This document shows positions 11,669 through 24,428 of a DNA stretch of 64,000 bases, piece after piece. Positions within the stretch are counted from its first letter, which is position 1. Every line of letters begins with the position of its first letter. The stretch is from Neophaeotheca triangularis. Its lineage: Eukaryota. The notes under the pieces are model-generated. The model was given only the letters and a program-made list of their open reading frames with translations, was not told the DNA's origin and searched no databases. The translations under genes and the position numbers were made by a program. The stretch spans positions 434,001 to 498,000 of the forward strand of contig BAAIJX010000011.1 of assembly GCA_054600435.1 (NCBI GenBank), written 5' to 3'.

Positions 11669-14079
11669 TCACGCCCCAACCCCCAAACCCCCCATTCCCG
11701 CTCGCATGCTCTCCACCGTCCGCAACCCAACGCCCTTCATGCCGCCCAACTGCCTCAAACTCGTAACACCCCCTTCTCCATCCCCCTCCTCCAAATCGCA
11801 GAGACAATTGACAATCGCCTCGGCCTTTTTCGCACCAACACCTTTGAGAAGTTTGATTTGGCTCACGTCCTTGGTGTTGATGATGCGGAGTAGGTGCTTG
11901 GTGCGCGGGGTTTGCGCCGTCAGTGCTGTGGCAAGTTCGTCGCTTGAGGACGTGGCGTCGTCTGCTTCGTCTGAGGAGTTGTCGGTGGGTGGTGGCGGGG
12001 AGTGTTTGGGGGCTGCATGGTATTGGTGGTGCTGGGAGGGGGCTGTGAGGGAGCGAGCGGCCGGGTGGGGGCGTTGGCGGATTTTGGTGCGCGGTTTGTA
12101 TTGGAATTCATCCTCATCGTCGGAAGCCTGATGAGTTGCAGCGCTAGGGGAGTCGTGGTAGTCTGCGTCGGCGTCGTCGCTTTTGAGGGCTTTTCGGCGT
12201 GCGATGGGTTTGGAACCTGGTGCTGTGATTTGCTTTGTCTCGGGCAGGGCGACACCGCCGCTGCCCGGGGCGTCGGACTTTCTCTTGTCCGCCTTCTTCG
12301 CGTCGATGCGCTCCTGTAGCGTTGCCATTTTGCGCACTAGCTTCTCATTGCCGGGAAAGTGCGGTAGAGCGAGCTGGTACATTTTCAGCGCACTTACTTC
12401 CTCACCTCGTACTTGGTGTTGCTTGGCCATGAGGAGGTATTGCAGCCCTTCTGCTCGCTCGGTTTCTTGACCCTGCACTCGCTTCTCGAGCGCTTCCAGC
12501 CGCTTCTGCACTTCATCCGAGATGGGGTCGCCGGTCGACATCGTCGTGGAGTCTGCACGTTCAGCCAAAGCTTCGGTGACTTTGCGTTCGATCAGAGCCT
12601 CGATGGCGTCTTTCGATAAGCTAGCTTCTACTTCCTGCTTCATCGTTCGTGTGTTGCTAGATTCATTGGTACGAGCTGCTTTCGCCGGACGGCTGAGAGT
12701 TTGAACCATCTCTGTGCTTGGCCTCTTAGGTGACCGCGGTGGCGCACCCGGGGCCCTTGCTTGACCAGTGTTTGCGAGGTTGCTGGGCCTCTGCGTTGGT
12801 CGCGGCTTGTCTGAGAAGACAGCAAACTGCTTCGCTGGCTTCGGCACACTGGTCGCTACATCCTTGAGATGGCTGTTCTGTGATAATATCTTGGACCGAA
12901 GAGGTTGCCTGTTGATGGATTGGACCCCTGATGCATGCGCCGAAGGCCCGTCCAATTTAGACTTTCCTTGCGGGAGTTCCCTAAAGAATGGCTGGTTCTC
13001 GATCTCGTTGGTTTCAATCTTCTTGGTCCGGTTGGCGAAGTTCAGACTGGAGATGGTGTCCAGATGGTAACTCTTCACTGGGGCCAGGTTCAAGATCATG
13101 ACCGTCAACCCATTGTTCTGCCCAAGAGACAAGATGCGGGTCATCTTGCTCTCTCTGTATGGTATGCGATGCTGCTTCTTGCTAATTGCCTCGACACACT
13201 GCGCCAAGACGAACAGGCTCTTGTTGATGCTCGCACTTTCCACCAGCCGATCTTTGTTGTTGTCCGTCCGCCTGTTGTCTTCCGAGCCTGCAAGATCGAT
13301 TGCAGAAGCCGTGCTGACTCTCGTCTGTTCCCCGGTCGTTTGAGTGACCTTGACGCAAAGAATGGCATGCGACCGAGAAGAGTGAGCGTTGAGCTTGGTA
13401 GCAGAAGTCGACCGGTTGACGTTGGCCTGGTCATAGAGACTCTCGAACTCTTTGAGCGTCGTGCAAGGCCTTTCAGTGAGACCTACCACCACCGTCTTAC
13501 CATTGTTGTCGCGAATTGGAAGGCCAGCTGCTGTTCGTTTCTCGGGCGCCTCGAAAAGGTCAAACACGCGGTCGTTGTAGATTTCGTAGTAGCTCATGGA
13601 CACATCCACCGAAGAATCCCCTCCGCCATCCTTTTCAATCTTGCGCGCCTTCCGGTAGATGCTCGATAGAAGACGTGGAATCACCCCCCTCTCAGCCAGC
13701 GATTTGCCTCCTCTCATTGTATGCGTTTTCCCTGTTCCTGTGACTCCGTAGGCGAAAAGAGTGACGTCGAGACCCTTAAAGAGGTGTTTGACAGTAGGCG
13801 CCACTGTACCAAAGTCAGCCGCTGCTCTCCCGTTCGCCTTGCCCGCCTGAAAGCGCTGCACTCACCCTCCTTGTCAAACAGTTGGGCCTGTGTCGCGTCG
13901 GCATCGTAGACACCATTGAATTGGAACGTGTAGGCCTCGCCCTCGTTCTTAGGATTTGGAATGCGCACAGTTGTCTTTTCATCTGTTGATTCGCGAGACT
14001 CTGCCGTCACGATCCGCTCCTTTTCCTGCTCGGCCTTGAGCAGTGGTCGTATGCGCGCCACAACACGCACGCTGCTCAT
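11669..14079 (-). CDS. Kinesin-10 (Kid/KIF22-like) motor with C-terminal helix-hairpin-helix; exons 14079-13866 and 13803-11669
   Basis: N-terminus SVRVVARIRP, P-loop GVTGTGKT, switch I NAHSSRSH, switch II DLAGSE. Two HhH motifs (LKGVGAKKAEAI, MKGVGLRTVESM). Intron 13865-13804 GTGAGT...GCTGAC...ACAG restores KE-V-APTV. Confidence 0.9.
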
Positions 14080-14388
14080 GGTGAAATAAGTGTCCACGTG
14101 TTGGGATGCGAAGAATGAGTCTGCACCACTGAGCAGTAAAGTTCTATGGCGGGTGTAAGTAGAGCTGGATTACTGTATGGCCTGGTCGTCGGCCAGGCAA
14201 CGGGACGTTCTAGTATGCTTAGTAAGACCTTATCTAGGGCTGAAGGCAACCCCAAGCTTCACCCACACTCCAGCATGGTACAACAGGACCGGAAGCTTTA
14301 ATGAATGTTAAATCAATTGCTTTCAACCACCTCCCACCTCCACTCGTCTTGGTCCGACACGCTCAGGAAAGGGGCCGGGGTCCTGAGT

Positions 14389-15384
14389 ATGCTGCCCTTG
14401 CGTGTCTCAACGACACTCCTGACACTTGCGCTCCTCGTTGTCTTGGCCGTAGCAGAACAACTTCCTCGACACCAACCAGGCTTCTCTCTCGGCGACCAAT
14501 TCATCCCCAAGAAGCCAGGCCATCGTAGACCAGTACCACACTTGTACTGGAAACGATACTCCGGACAAACCTTCATTGGCGCCCACGACAGTCCAGCCTT
14601 AAGGACCGAGGACAATGGCTTCTCACTATCAGGCAACCAATACTTCAATGTCTCGGTGCAACTCGAGTCTGGTGTTAGGCTGCTCCAAGCTCAGGGCCAT
14701 CATGATCCCGAAGGCTCTACAGAGATTCGTTTGTGTCACTTTAACTGCGCTTTGATGGACGGAGGTAGCCTAAACGAATACTTGCTGCACGTCAAGGACT
14801 TCGTAGAAGCCAACCCCTACGAAATCGTGACTCTTCTCTTTGTGAATACTGGACCTCGCTTGTGGCAATGGTCCAAAGCCTATTACGAGACGGGTATCGA
14901 CCTCTTGTCTTTCGTAGCACCGCCAGAACTTCGCCACGGCTACATGAAGACAGGAGACTGGCCCACCATCGCAGAGATGGTCGCCACCAACAAGCGAGTC
15001 GTAACATTCATCTCCAGTGGTGCCAACGAAGCCATTGTGCCCTTCCTCCTACCAGAATTCGACTATGTATTCGAGACCAATTTTGGCATCGAAGCCCCAG
15101 ACCAGTACACATGCCTTCCAGATCGGCCCAGATACCCCGGTACTACGATACCTGACCGCCTAAGCCTGGTCGATCACTTCCTCTAAGCAAAGTTTCTGGG
15201 TCTTAGGTACCCTAACGCGACTTACGCAAACACTACTAACGCTGCTGGGTTCCGTGTTGGGATGTTGGGAGAGCACGCTGCGAGATGTAGGGGCTTATAC
15301 GGAAGGAGACCCAACTTCTTGCTTGTAGATTTCTTTTCCGAGGGCGATGTATTCGATGTTGAGTACGGGATGAATGCAAACTGA
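14389..15384 (+). pseudogene. Secreted PLC-like (PI-PLC X domain) phosphodiesterase interrupted by an in-frame TAA at 15184-15186
   Basis: Signal peptide MLPLRVSTTLLTLALLVVLAVA; motifs FIGAHDS, GNQ, QLESGVRLLQAQGH, LCH, NPYEIVTLLFVN, WPT. The same frame continues for 65 codons past the TAA with family-typical GRRPNFLLVDFF, ending at TGA 15382-15384. Confidence 0.8.
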
Positions 15385-15742
15385 GACTCAAGGTAGGGTG
15401 TCGTCCTTGAGCTGGACCCGGCGCGACAAATGATATTTGGACCGAGCACCTCATGAGGTAGGCTAGAAGCGAAGTAGGGACATTGACACAGCACTGACGG
15501 TGCACAGGATATTGCTTCTCGTGAGATTGAGGGCCATAGGGCCATCGTTGATGATGCTGGACTACGAATGCAGCTCAGGCTGTGACTACTGAAAACCATG
15601 CAATGGCGCTATGCAAACAATAGAAGTGTGCGTGACTGAGGTCACCGTGGCCACCCAGGACTAGGTCGCTCCGGACTCCCTGATTCGCCTTCGCCTTGTT
15701 CAACATACTCAACATTCAAAAACCAAAAGTATCCTACCAACC

Positions 15743-16186
15743 ATGAATAAACTACCAGCCGTCAGCCACGGAGGCATCGAAGCTTTATCCGAAATTCAGA
15801 CCCCTCACACGCCTCAAGTCAGCCAAACCCCTGATCCACCACACGAGGAGACGATGGACATCGACGACCCATTCATAACCGAAGTCATCACCTCCCTCCT
15901 CTACAACCACCCTGACATGAAAGCCCAACTGCGAAACCCGACGGCCTCCGCTTTCAAGACAGCTCTAAGCGCACAAACAAACTCAGAGTCCCAGGCGACG
16001 CCCGAAGCCCTTGACCGAGCGAATCTGCCAATCACAGAGGTGCAGCCGAGAAAGCCCTTTCCTGGTCTCGTGGAAGCTGGGTTTGCGCCAGAGGCCAGGA
16101 TCATGGTGCGAAGGGCAAATAGGAGGCTCACGGCGAGGGGCGAAGAGGCTATGTTGCGTAGAATGATCATGGAGTTGGTGCCTTGA
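15743..16186 (+). CDS. Hypothetical protein (147 aa), no recognisable domain
   Basis: ATG in good context (CAACCATG) after an A/C-rich leader, with a coding-like composition. No homology recognised. Confidence 0.45.
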   Translation: MNKLPAVSHGGIEALSEIQTPHTPQVSQTPDPPHEETMDIDDPFITEVITSLLYNHPDMKAQLRNPTASAFKTALSAQTNSESQATPEALDRANLPITEVQPRKPFPGLVEAGFAPEARIMVRRANRRLTARGEEAMLRRMIMELVP

Positions 16187-16989
16187 GGATATGCGAGGGC
16201 AATGAGATGCGCATGGGGCAAGGGAGTGGGATGCGTGATCGTTGGGTACCGCTAGAGGAAGGCGGTGGTTTGGATGTATGTCAGCGGGTTCCTGCGGACT
16301 TTTGTATTCCGACACTCTCGTCCTTGATGACAATAGAGGCTCACGGATGATTACTCTGGGGCTTCTTTCTATTCTGAATGACGAGCGGACGATGGGGCAC
16401 GGGTATCCTCTGCAGCAAATTAATGGCTGACTGCAGGACGCGATGAGCACCTCCTTCTCTGCAGGTGGTTGCTCACTTGCTTGTTGGTCGATTGTCTGCT
16501 CCTGTAAATATCTTCTACGACCGTTTACTGATAGCTCTCACGATGCTATAGACTGTGCCGACCGCAGCCGAACAACCTTGCAAGAAGATGCGGCTACTAC
16601 ACCCAGATGCCAAAACATCTAGACCATGTCTTCACAACCATGCATAACTTCGCTACGCCCGTAATGCCTGAACCGCTCAAGAAGCAGCTTGATGATTGGC
16701 GCGTCGACTGGAGTAAACTAAATGGCTGGCCGAGGCATGGCACGTGGAGGCGGAAGCGGGACAGACGACGACATCGCATCACTACTCACACACACGCACA
16801 TTTTATATTATACACGTGTAGAGCTGCATAGATAAACTCTCGCCAGCTCATTATAATACACACGACGGCCGGAAAGGTAGGCACACGCGACCGCACCCTC
16901 TTCTTCTTTTCTCAGACGGGAGCATCGTCCGTCTCCTGTCATCCACACTCGGGCTCCCATCTCTCTTCTACCCAAACGAAGCCGCGAAA

Positions 16990-18698
16990 ATGTTAAGGAA
17001 CCTTATCGACCGGCAATCGACCAACACGGTCTTGTTCAGCCTGATCCTAATCCTGCTGTGGGCCAACAAACTGCTGCTGGAGAAGGCACGCGTTTACCTC
17101 GTGCTCCTAGCGCTCAGCAGCCTCTGGTACGCCAAAACCCTCATCGTCGCGCTATGGACCGAAGACCGCATTTCGCGACTGGGCGCCCACGCGCCCTCGC
17201 GCTGGTCCTGGACACCCTGGAACATTGGCATGCTGCTTGCCGCCGTCAAGCACGTGCGCGCGCACAGCAACCTGGCCTTCTGGCAGGACATGTTTGCGCG
17301 GTACGGCCGTGGCGCCAGGGGGTACACGGTCGAAGCGGTGACGGCGGGCGAGCGCGTCATCTTGACGGCCGATGAAGATAATATCAAAGCCATCCTAGCG
17401 ACGCAATTTGCGGATTTCGGCAAAGGACCGCAGTTTCGACGGGATTGGAAGGATTTTCTCGGTTTGTCCATTTTCACGACCGACGGCGAGATTTGGCACG
17501 ATTCAAGGATGCTGTTGCGGCCGCAGTTTATCAAGGACCGCGTGTCGGATCTGCATACTTTTGAAGACCATGTGGCGGTTTTGCTGCCGCAGTTGGGAGG
17601 TGTGCACGAGGGCGCGACGGTGCGGGCGGACGATTTGTTTTTCCGCTTCACCTTGGATGCGGCGACGGACTTCTTACTGGGCAAAAGTGTGGATTCTTTG
17701 ACGAACCGGCAGGCTGAATTTGCTGATGCTTTTGGTGAGGTGCAAAGGGTGCAGAGTCTGATTGCCAGGGCAGGACCGCTCAACAGGTTTGTCCCGAGGA
17801 AGACGTTTTACCAGTCCCTGGAGATTTTGAATCGGTTCGTCGAACAGTACATCGATCAGGCGCTGGACTTGTCGCCCGAGGAGCTGGAGAAGAAAACAAA
17901 GTCGGACGAGGGCTACACCTTTCTTCACGCCATTGCCGGGTGCACGCGCGACCGTGAGGTCCTGCGCGATCAGTTGGTTGCTGTACTCCTCGCGGGCAGA
18001 GACACGACAGCCGTGACGCTGTCATGGCTATTCTACGAGCTCTCCAAAGCCCCGAACGTAGTCCGAAAACTGCGTGAGGAGATCGGGAGCTTTGTTGGCT
18101 TCGAGAGAGTGCCTACCTACGCTGACCTCAAGTCGATGCGGTTCCTGCAGCACACTCTCAACGAGATCCTACGGATGTACCCAGTCGTACCTTACAATGT
18201 CCGCGTGGCGTTGAAGGACACCACTCTCCCCAGTGGAGGCGGACCGGATGGTACTCAGCCAATAGGAGTGCTCAAGGACACGCCTGTCGGGTACAGCACG
18301 CTGGTCTTGCAGCGACGAGCAGACATTTACCCGCCGACTTCTCCAGTGTTCGCGGACCCGGCAATCTTCTCACCAGAACGATGGGACAGCTGGACGCCCA
18401 AGTCTTGGACTTATATTCCCTTCAACGGCGGTGAGTTGCAGCCTCTATACCTAATCCGCATGCCCACCAACTTGCGCTCTGCTAACAATATCACCACCTA
18501 GGCCCACGCATCTGCATTGGCCAGCAATTCGCGCTGACGGAAATGGCCTACACAGTGGTGCGCATCCTGCAGACGTACGAAAGTCTAGACTGCAAGAGCG
18601 AAGAGTTCCCGGGCCTAAAGAGCGAGATAGTGCTGCAGCCGGCACGCGGCGTCAAAGTCGCCTTTCACAAGCCTCGTCAAGAGAAGTCGCAGCGTTGA
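16990..18698 (+). CDS. Cytochrome P450, CYP52 clan (alkane/fatty-acid hydroxylase-like); exons 16990-18430 and 18502-18698
   Basis: N-terminal membrane anchor, [11 protein letters not shown]-helix [13 protein letters not shown] (ExxR), PERW. The heme motif FNGGPRICIG is reconstituted across intron 18431-18501 (GTGAGT...GCTAAC...CTAG). Confidence 0.93.
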
Positions 18699-21600
18699 GA
18701 GTTGAGACGGTTTGGTTGCCAAGGCGATTTAGTCAGTGGTATTGCGATCAACGGCTTTGAGCTTCTTTGTAACCCGTGCTGCGACCATCACGTGTTCATG
18801 CGGTCCGGCGGCGTGAGTGCTTGGGGGAGAGGTTCAAGGCGTTGGGTTAATTTGGCTGAACGGCTGTATTCAACGTTTCTTTACAATGCAGCACCCCAGA
18901 GTGTACGTCTTGGTAGTTCGTTCAAGGGCCGCCATCAAGCGTGATACCTGCAACTGTCATCACTTCCGCCAACCGTTCAAACGTAGGGCAGCGGCGCAGT
19001 CACAACTGTTTGCTCGCGTTGCTCTCATGTGAGCGGGGGATTAGTCGACTTGTTTACTTGGTTTGTGGAAGTGAGACCCTCGATCGATCCGCTCTGCCAT
19101 AGCCTAGGAATCTTATTACCACGGACCGGGAGACAGTCTGGCCAGGGACTGCCGCGTAATGCCATCGCAACCAACGACGCCCAACGTTCCCCGGTAGGCG
19201 AGGATCCAAGTACCTGAGTCGACGACTCCTGAGTCCTGACTAGTCATAACGGCTGGGAAAGAAGAACCGGTGCCGGGGAATCTACGTCCGGAGGTACCGG
19301 GTGTAACTACTAACCAGGCCAACGACGTACTAAGAACAGAGAGAGCCCCGAGAAGCGCAACGGCACCGAGGGAGGGCACACGGGGTCGCTGCAGGAACGG
19401 GCTGTCTGTGCGATTTTGTAGAGAAGAGCGCCGATCGCTTGCAATCGGTCCCGAAGTCCAAATGGAATCTTTGCATCGTTTGCCTTTTTGGCCATTATCG
19501 TAGATGACATTCGTCCCATCTGCGATTGCTGTGAGGGCTGTTGTAGATGACAATTTCGGGTTTGAGCTGTTTTCGAGCCAGCTTTAGGGGCAGAAACAGT
19601 TGAGCTCAGTTAATCAAAGCAAAGCACGCCTTTGCCCTTTCTGCTCTTTGGAGGCACAGACTGCCCGACTGTTGTGATGATAATGCGTGCCATGTACCTG
19701 CATGGAGGCTGCATTATTAGAGCCGCACATGGCGAACAGGGGGAGGGGGCGCAAGCTGTCTCGGCTGTTTGACTGTAGCGCACGTGCTTCGACTCCTTTC
19801 TTCCCCATATTGATTCTAGTACGGGGGACAACGCCGTTCTTTGCACTATCGGAACCGAGGGGAAGAGAGGGACAGGGACGAGGGGTGAGTCGCAATTGTT
19901 TGATCTCGGTTCTGTTGTTGGGGTGTTTTTCTTCTTCCCTGTTCCGGGGGGTTGGGAGAGGGCGATTGCGATGGCTGCCGAGTTGGCGGGTACCCGTAAG
20001 GTCAAACGGCTTCTCCTCTCGTGCTGTGACTCCTGTGAGCATGCAGAGCTACCTACGTAGGTGTCTTGGTTACATGAAAAGCTGCAAAAGGTGCACATGC
20101 AGTATCAAGAGGTAGACGACGAAAAGCAGACTAGTTATAAGCCGAAGGTACCTAAAGAAGAGGAGCACCTCACACTACAGCTGCATGCTACTTCCTTTCA
20201 AACCTGTTTCCTTCCTTCCTTGGTCGAGGCCGAGCAGACACGCCGCAACTTCTAGAAGCTGCGGTGATAGCTTCAGTGTTGTACATACTATGTAAGTACC
20301 TGTACGTTATGCAGTGATGCGCTAATAGTACTAGTGAGCGTTGTAAGAGGCGTTTTGTGCGTTTGCCGGCAGAACGAGAAGATGCCGACCTAGTACCTAA
20401 CCACCTAGGCAGACAGGCATTTTGCTATTGGCTCGAGGCCCAACGTGTGAACGACTCCGACTCCCGTCTCCTGCGGGTCATCACATCTGCGCTTGTTGTT
20501 TCGTCACCGTTGCTTAACGTTTTTCCATGCAGGACAACAAGTGCTGTAGGCTGTTGTGTGTAGGAGTCACGGCCACCCACCTTTCGGGCCTCCCCCAAAA
20601 CGGTACTCGGATACTCTCCAGCTGCGCGAACGCGTAAACTTTCACAGGGCTGCTATTACTAGTTCCATCCGCGAAGAGACTGACGAAATTTAGTGCAGGA
20701 CTAGTGGGGGGAGAGGGGGGCTCTTTTCCGCCCCGGAAGCGCTCCCCAGTCAGTCCCCAATTTATATGTGATAGTTTGACTCTACATGCTCGGCACGGCA
20801 AAAAAGTTCTACTAAGTACCTAGTCACTACTACTAGTAGTAGTAAGTAGTGGATGCGGTATGGCGGGCCAGTGGCCAGTGGCGGCGGGTGGTGCATGAAT
20901 ATGATGCTGCTTACCCTGCTTTGCCTGGAAACGGGAGTGGGGGTGGGAAGTGCACCAACGGCCGCTACGCGCTTCCTTGCACGGGCGTCGACATGCACCT
21001 GCAGCCTTCCAAATCGTCGTAAAAGCTCCTTCCACCCTGACCATTAGGAACCTTATCCTTGCTTTTCTACACTCTTCACCGTACTGTACATGGCCATTTA
21101 CGTCTACCGCATCGAATACCTGCTGTTTGTGGTTTGTTGTGAACAACGACAACAACAACAACAACACCCGCCCCGCCCCGCCGCTTGTACGGAATAGGCC
21201 GAGTCCGAGTCGTCAGGTATCGAACCAAGTCCCGTGCGTCCCGGGACCTTCTTCACGGATAAACTTTGAATTCCCCCGATTGCTTGCTCCACTGCCCGCT
21301 TTAGGTAGTAAGGTAGCCTAGCCTAGTAGGTACAGTAAAGTACTGGGTACGCCTCGGCCGCCTCACATGAATTATTATTGAGAACATTGAGAGTTTGAGA
21401 GACCCTCGAAAACCACCACCACCTCCACCACCTCCACCCTTCTCTCGACTGCGACATTACCTGCTTCTACTACTGCTACTACATATCCACCTCATCCTTT
21501 TACAACTCGACCAGCATCCTCAGGCACCCCTCTCGATAAACACACCCACTTACAAACATACTGCCTGCCTTTGCGGAGACTGCCTTACTCCACCCCACCC

Positions 21601-21754
21601 ATCACTAGCCTCATATCCACGGCCGAGCCTCTCCGTTACTGCAGCCCTTCCACCGGTCGACCCGCTACTTCTGCAAACACCTGCTCGCCTACCACACCAC
21701 TGGCGTCTCTACCCATTTCCACCAAGCCTTAGAAGCTTGTTATTACCTACAAAC

Positions 21755-23167
21755 ATGGCCGCCTCTACTCACTCGACATCGCCCTCGTCCGAGACTTTTT
21801 CATCCTACCAATTGATCCTGGATCATGTCCTCACCTACCCCGGCAGCTATGAGATCCCTCTGCGAACCATGTACGCGCTCAACAGCGCGCCGAGAGCGCA
21901 GTCGGTGCACACGCGTTCCGGCACGCCCTCCAGCTCGACAGATAGCTCGCCCGTTAGCCCACAGTTCCCTCCGATGCACGACAACGCCGCCTCTCAATCC
22001 TTCACCGAAAGCCTCATGGCACAAATCCAACAACTACCCAACCAGTCCAATTCCCTCCCGCCGACTTTCATAACCTCTTTCGTCAGGAGATGCTTCCCCC
22101 CGGAGCTCGTCCTCGTCGACTTTCCTCAGGCCCTCACCGGACTCGACTACCTCAAAGACCTCGAGACAAGACGGCGTCGCGAAGTCGCTGGCGCAATGGC
22201 TCGTATGGACATTGACAACAAGCACACTTTTGAAGCTGACGTCCATGGTCTGGCCGACAAGTACCCCGGAGTCATTCAATGGATCAAGGCGATCGAGGAG
22301 AAAGAGCGCAAGATCGAGACATATTACACACAGCTCTACGTTGCCCTCAGACGGTGGATACTCATCAATGAATTGTCCTTGCAACCGTTCAACAAACACA
22401 ACTGCGTCGCCATGCTCAACACCCTCTACCCGCCCGTCATTTCTACACCCCCAACTTCGAAGCTCACCGCGCCAATCCTAAAAGCTCAACGCGACGGTTT
22501 CTTCAAATACATTCAGGGTGTGGAAAAGAGTGGACCTCGCATTTTGGGTAACCTCATGGCTCAGGGAAAGGGCCCAAGCGAAGACAATGGCTGGCCAGCT
22601 GTTTGCCGCACTCTAGGCATGTACCTACAACTCGCCAACAGCATCATCAGCGAATGCCACGATATTTCGCAAGTCTCGGACGTCTCCCCCAAAAAGGAGA
22701 AGACCGCCCGTTCAGCGCGCAAAGTCGACTCTGGGGTTAGCTTTGGCAGTGCAAGCAGCAGACCCTCCACCAGTGGCAGCGAGCCCCCCGTCTCACCAAT
22801 GGAAATCAGCAGGCCCAAAACACCATCTGGCAGCAGCAGCAGGCCAGGCACGGCAATGGAGAAGCTAGCGCGAGGGCTAAAAAGCATTGGTCGCAGCCGG
22901 ACGGATGTCACCGAAATTACCGAAATGGTCGACAGCCGGCAGCCTCCCATGCCCACATCCGAATCCAAATACAAGGGCCTGCGCAAGATGCGGAGCATGG
23001 GCGCCATAAGCGACCGTAACGGCAGCAAAGTCAGCCTCAACAACGTCCGAGTCGGCAGCGACGCCCCTGCCTTTGATGCAGAGGAGATGCGCCGCCAGCG
23101 GCAAAAGTACGAAGCAGCCTCCGTGGGCTCAAGACAGCACGGTTACAGCAACAGCCATGAAGTGTGA
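21755..23167 (+). CDS. Conserved fungal hypothetical protein (470 aa)
   Basis: ATG in AAACATGG context. Structured core (YQLILDHVLTYPGSYEIPLRTMYALN...VDFPQALTGLDYLKDLETRRRRE...LRRWILINEL) and a Ser-rich disordered tail. Function not recognised. Confidence 0.8.
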   Translation: MAASTHSTSPSSETFSSYQLILDHVLTYPGSYEIPLRTMYALNSAPRAQSVHTRSGTPSSSTDSSPVSPQFPPMHDNAASQSFTESLMAQIQQLPNQSNSLPPTFITSFVRRCFPPELVLVDFPQALTGLDYLKDLETRRRREVAGAMARMDIDNKHTFEADVHGLADKYPGVIQWIKAIEEKERKIETYYTQLYVALRRWILINELSLQPFNKHNCVAMLNTLYPPVISTPPTSKLTAPILKAQRDGFFKYIQGVEKSGPRILGNLMAQGKGPSEDNGWPAVCRTLGMYLQLANSIISECHDISQVSDVSPKKEKTARSARKVDSGVSFGSASSRPSTSGSEPPVSPMEISRPKTPSGSSSRPGTAMEKLARGLKSIGRSRTDVTEITEMVDSRQPPMPTSESKYKGLRKMRSMGAISDRNGSKVSLNNVRVGSDAPAFDAEEMRRQRQKYEAASVGSRQHGYSNSHEV

Positions 23168-24428
23168 GACCTGCAAAAGCACCCCGCCTAACTTGCCAGG
23201 CTCGCCCATAGCCTACGAAACGACTCTTGATACCTCGATTTCTCGCGATGATACCACGACAACGTGCAAGCCTCCTCTTTCTTCGGCTGGCGCGCTCATG
23301 TTTGCATTCTCTATTCATTGTTACTTTTTACCCCACGGACTTGAGCGGTATTTTCTAGCCTATCCTTCTTTTTCCGGCTTTCTGTACTGGCGCTCGGGGG
23401 GAGGGGGTGTAAAAAAAAAGACGCCAACAGGCGGCGTCAAAAGATGTTGGACGGCGAGGACCCTCACGGGTCGAATGGAGCAAATCTGGCAATTATGATG
23501 CCTTTGCGCATCAGGAAGGGGGGCAATGGAACGCGGAAAAAGGTCGCGGGTGATGGTGGTTCGTTTACGACCAAGTGATGAAACTAAATTGAGCACGGGG
23601 CTGGATGGGCACACTGATGATCACGATGATGTTGAATGTAAAGCAGTAGGAGGGCAAGAAGACATCGGGGTTCGAACCCCCCTTGCCATGTAGAAAGAAC
23701 CAAGAAAACAAAAAACTTGCCGAAATCATGACTACTGTTCTTGCTCACACCCAGTTTCGTCGCTCGTGTATAGCAGGTAGGTGATTTCACCCGTCCCGAA
23801 CCACTGGGACTCGACGCTGCATCTACATAGTAGGTACAAGCCCTTTGACCGGTTCGCCTTTTCTCCGCACGCTAGCTCAGCAGAAGTATGGAGTCTTTCG
23901 ACTTCCGGAGCCCTTGTTTTAAACTCCGAGACAAACCTCTAGAGCTACCGGACCAGACATGCGAGACCAACCATGCTTCCGGCTTTTGGAGTTGTTCGGT
24001 ACACCGGAAGTTTACCTACCCATACCCTAGGTACGGTCGGATAGGGGGCTTAAAGGCAATTTTAATGAAGAGAACAGGGGAACCGGAGACGGGGATTTGG
24101 GGAATCATCAAATGCTCCGAGTGAGTTTCGGGAGCCTTGATGGGTTGGGATTAGAGCGGCTTTCATGACGGTTGCCTACCTATGTATATACATGTGACGA
24201 GTCTGGGTTGCCATTGAAGACGAAGGAATGTATCCAGAAGTTACGGGCCTGTCGGTGCTTGCTGGGTTGAATGGCCGCCATCGACCAGCGAACCGGGTTC
24301 ATCTATCATCGTACTCTATCTATCCCGAGCTCGCCGTGATGTGCGGCGCGCTCATTCGTATTCTGGAGCGTTTCGAATCCCACGTCGCCTTTGATGCCGA
24401 CCTACCTTTCTTAACGCCCATCGACCAT

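Noticed and set aside
16990..18698. P450 as part of a secondary-metabolite cluster
   Set aside because: No PKS, NRPS, terpene synthase, cluster transporter or Zn2Cys6 regulator nearby.
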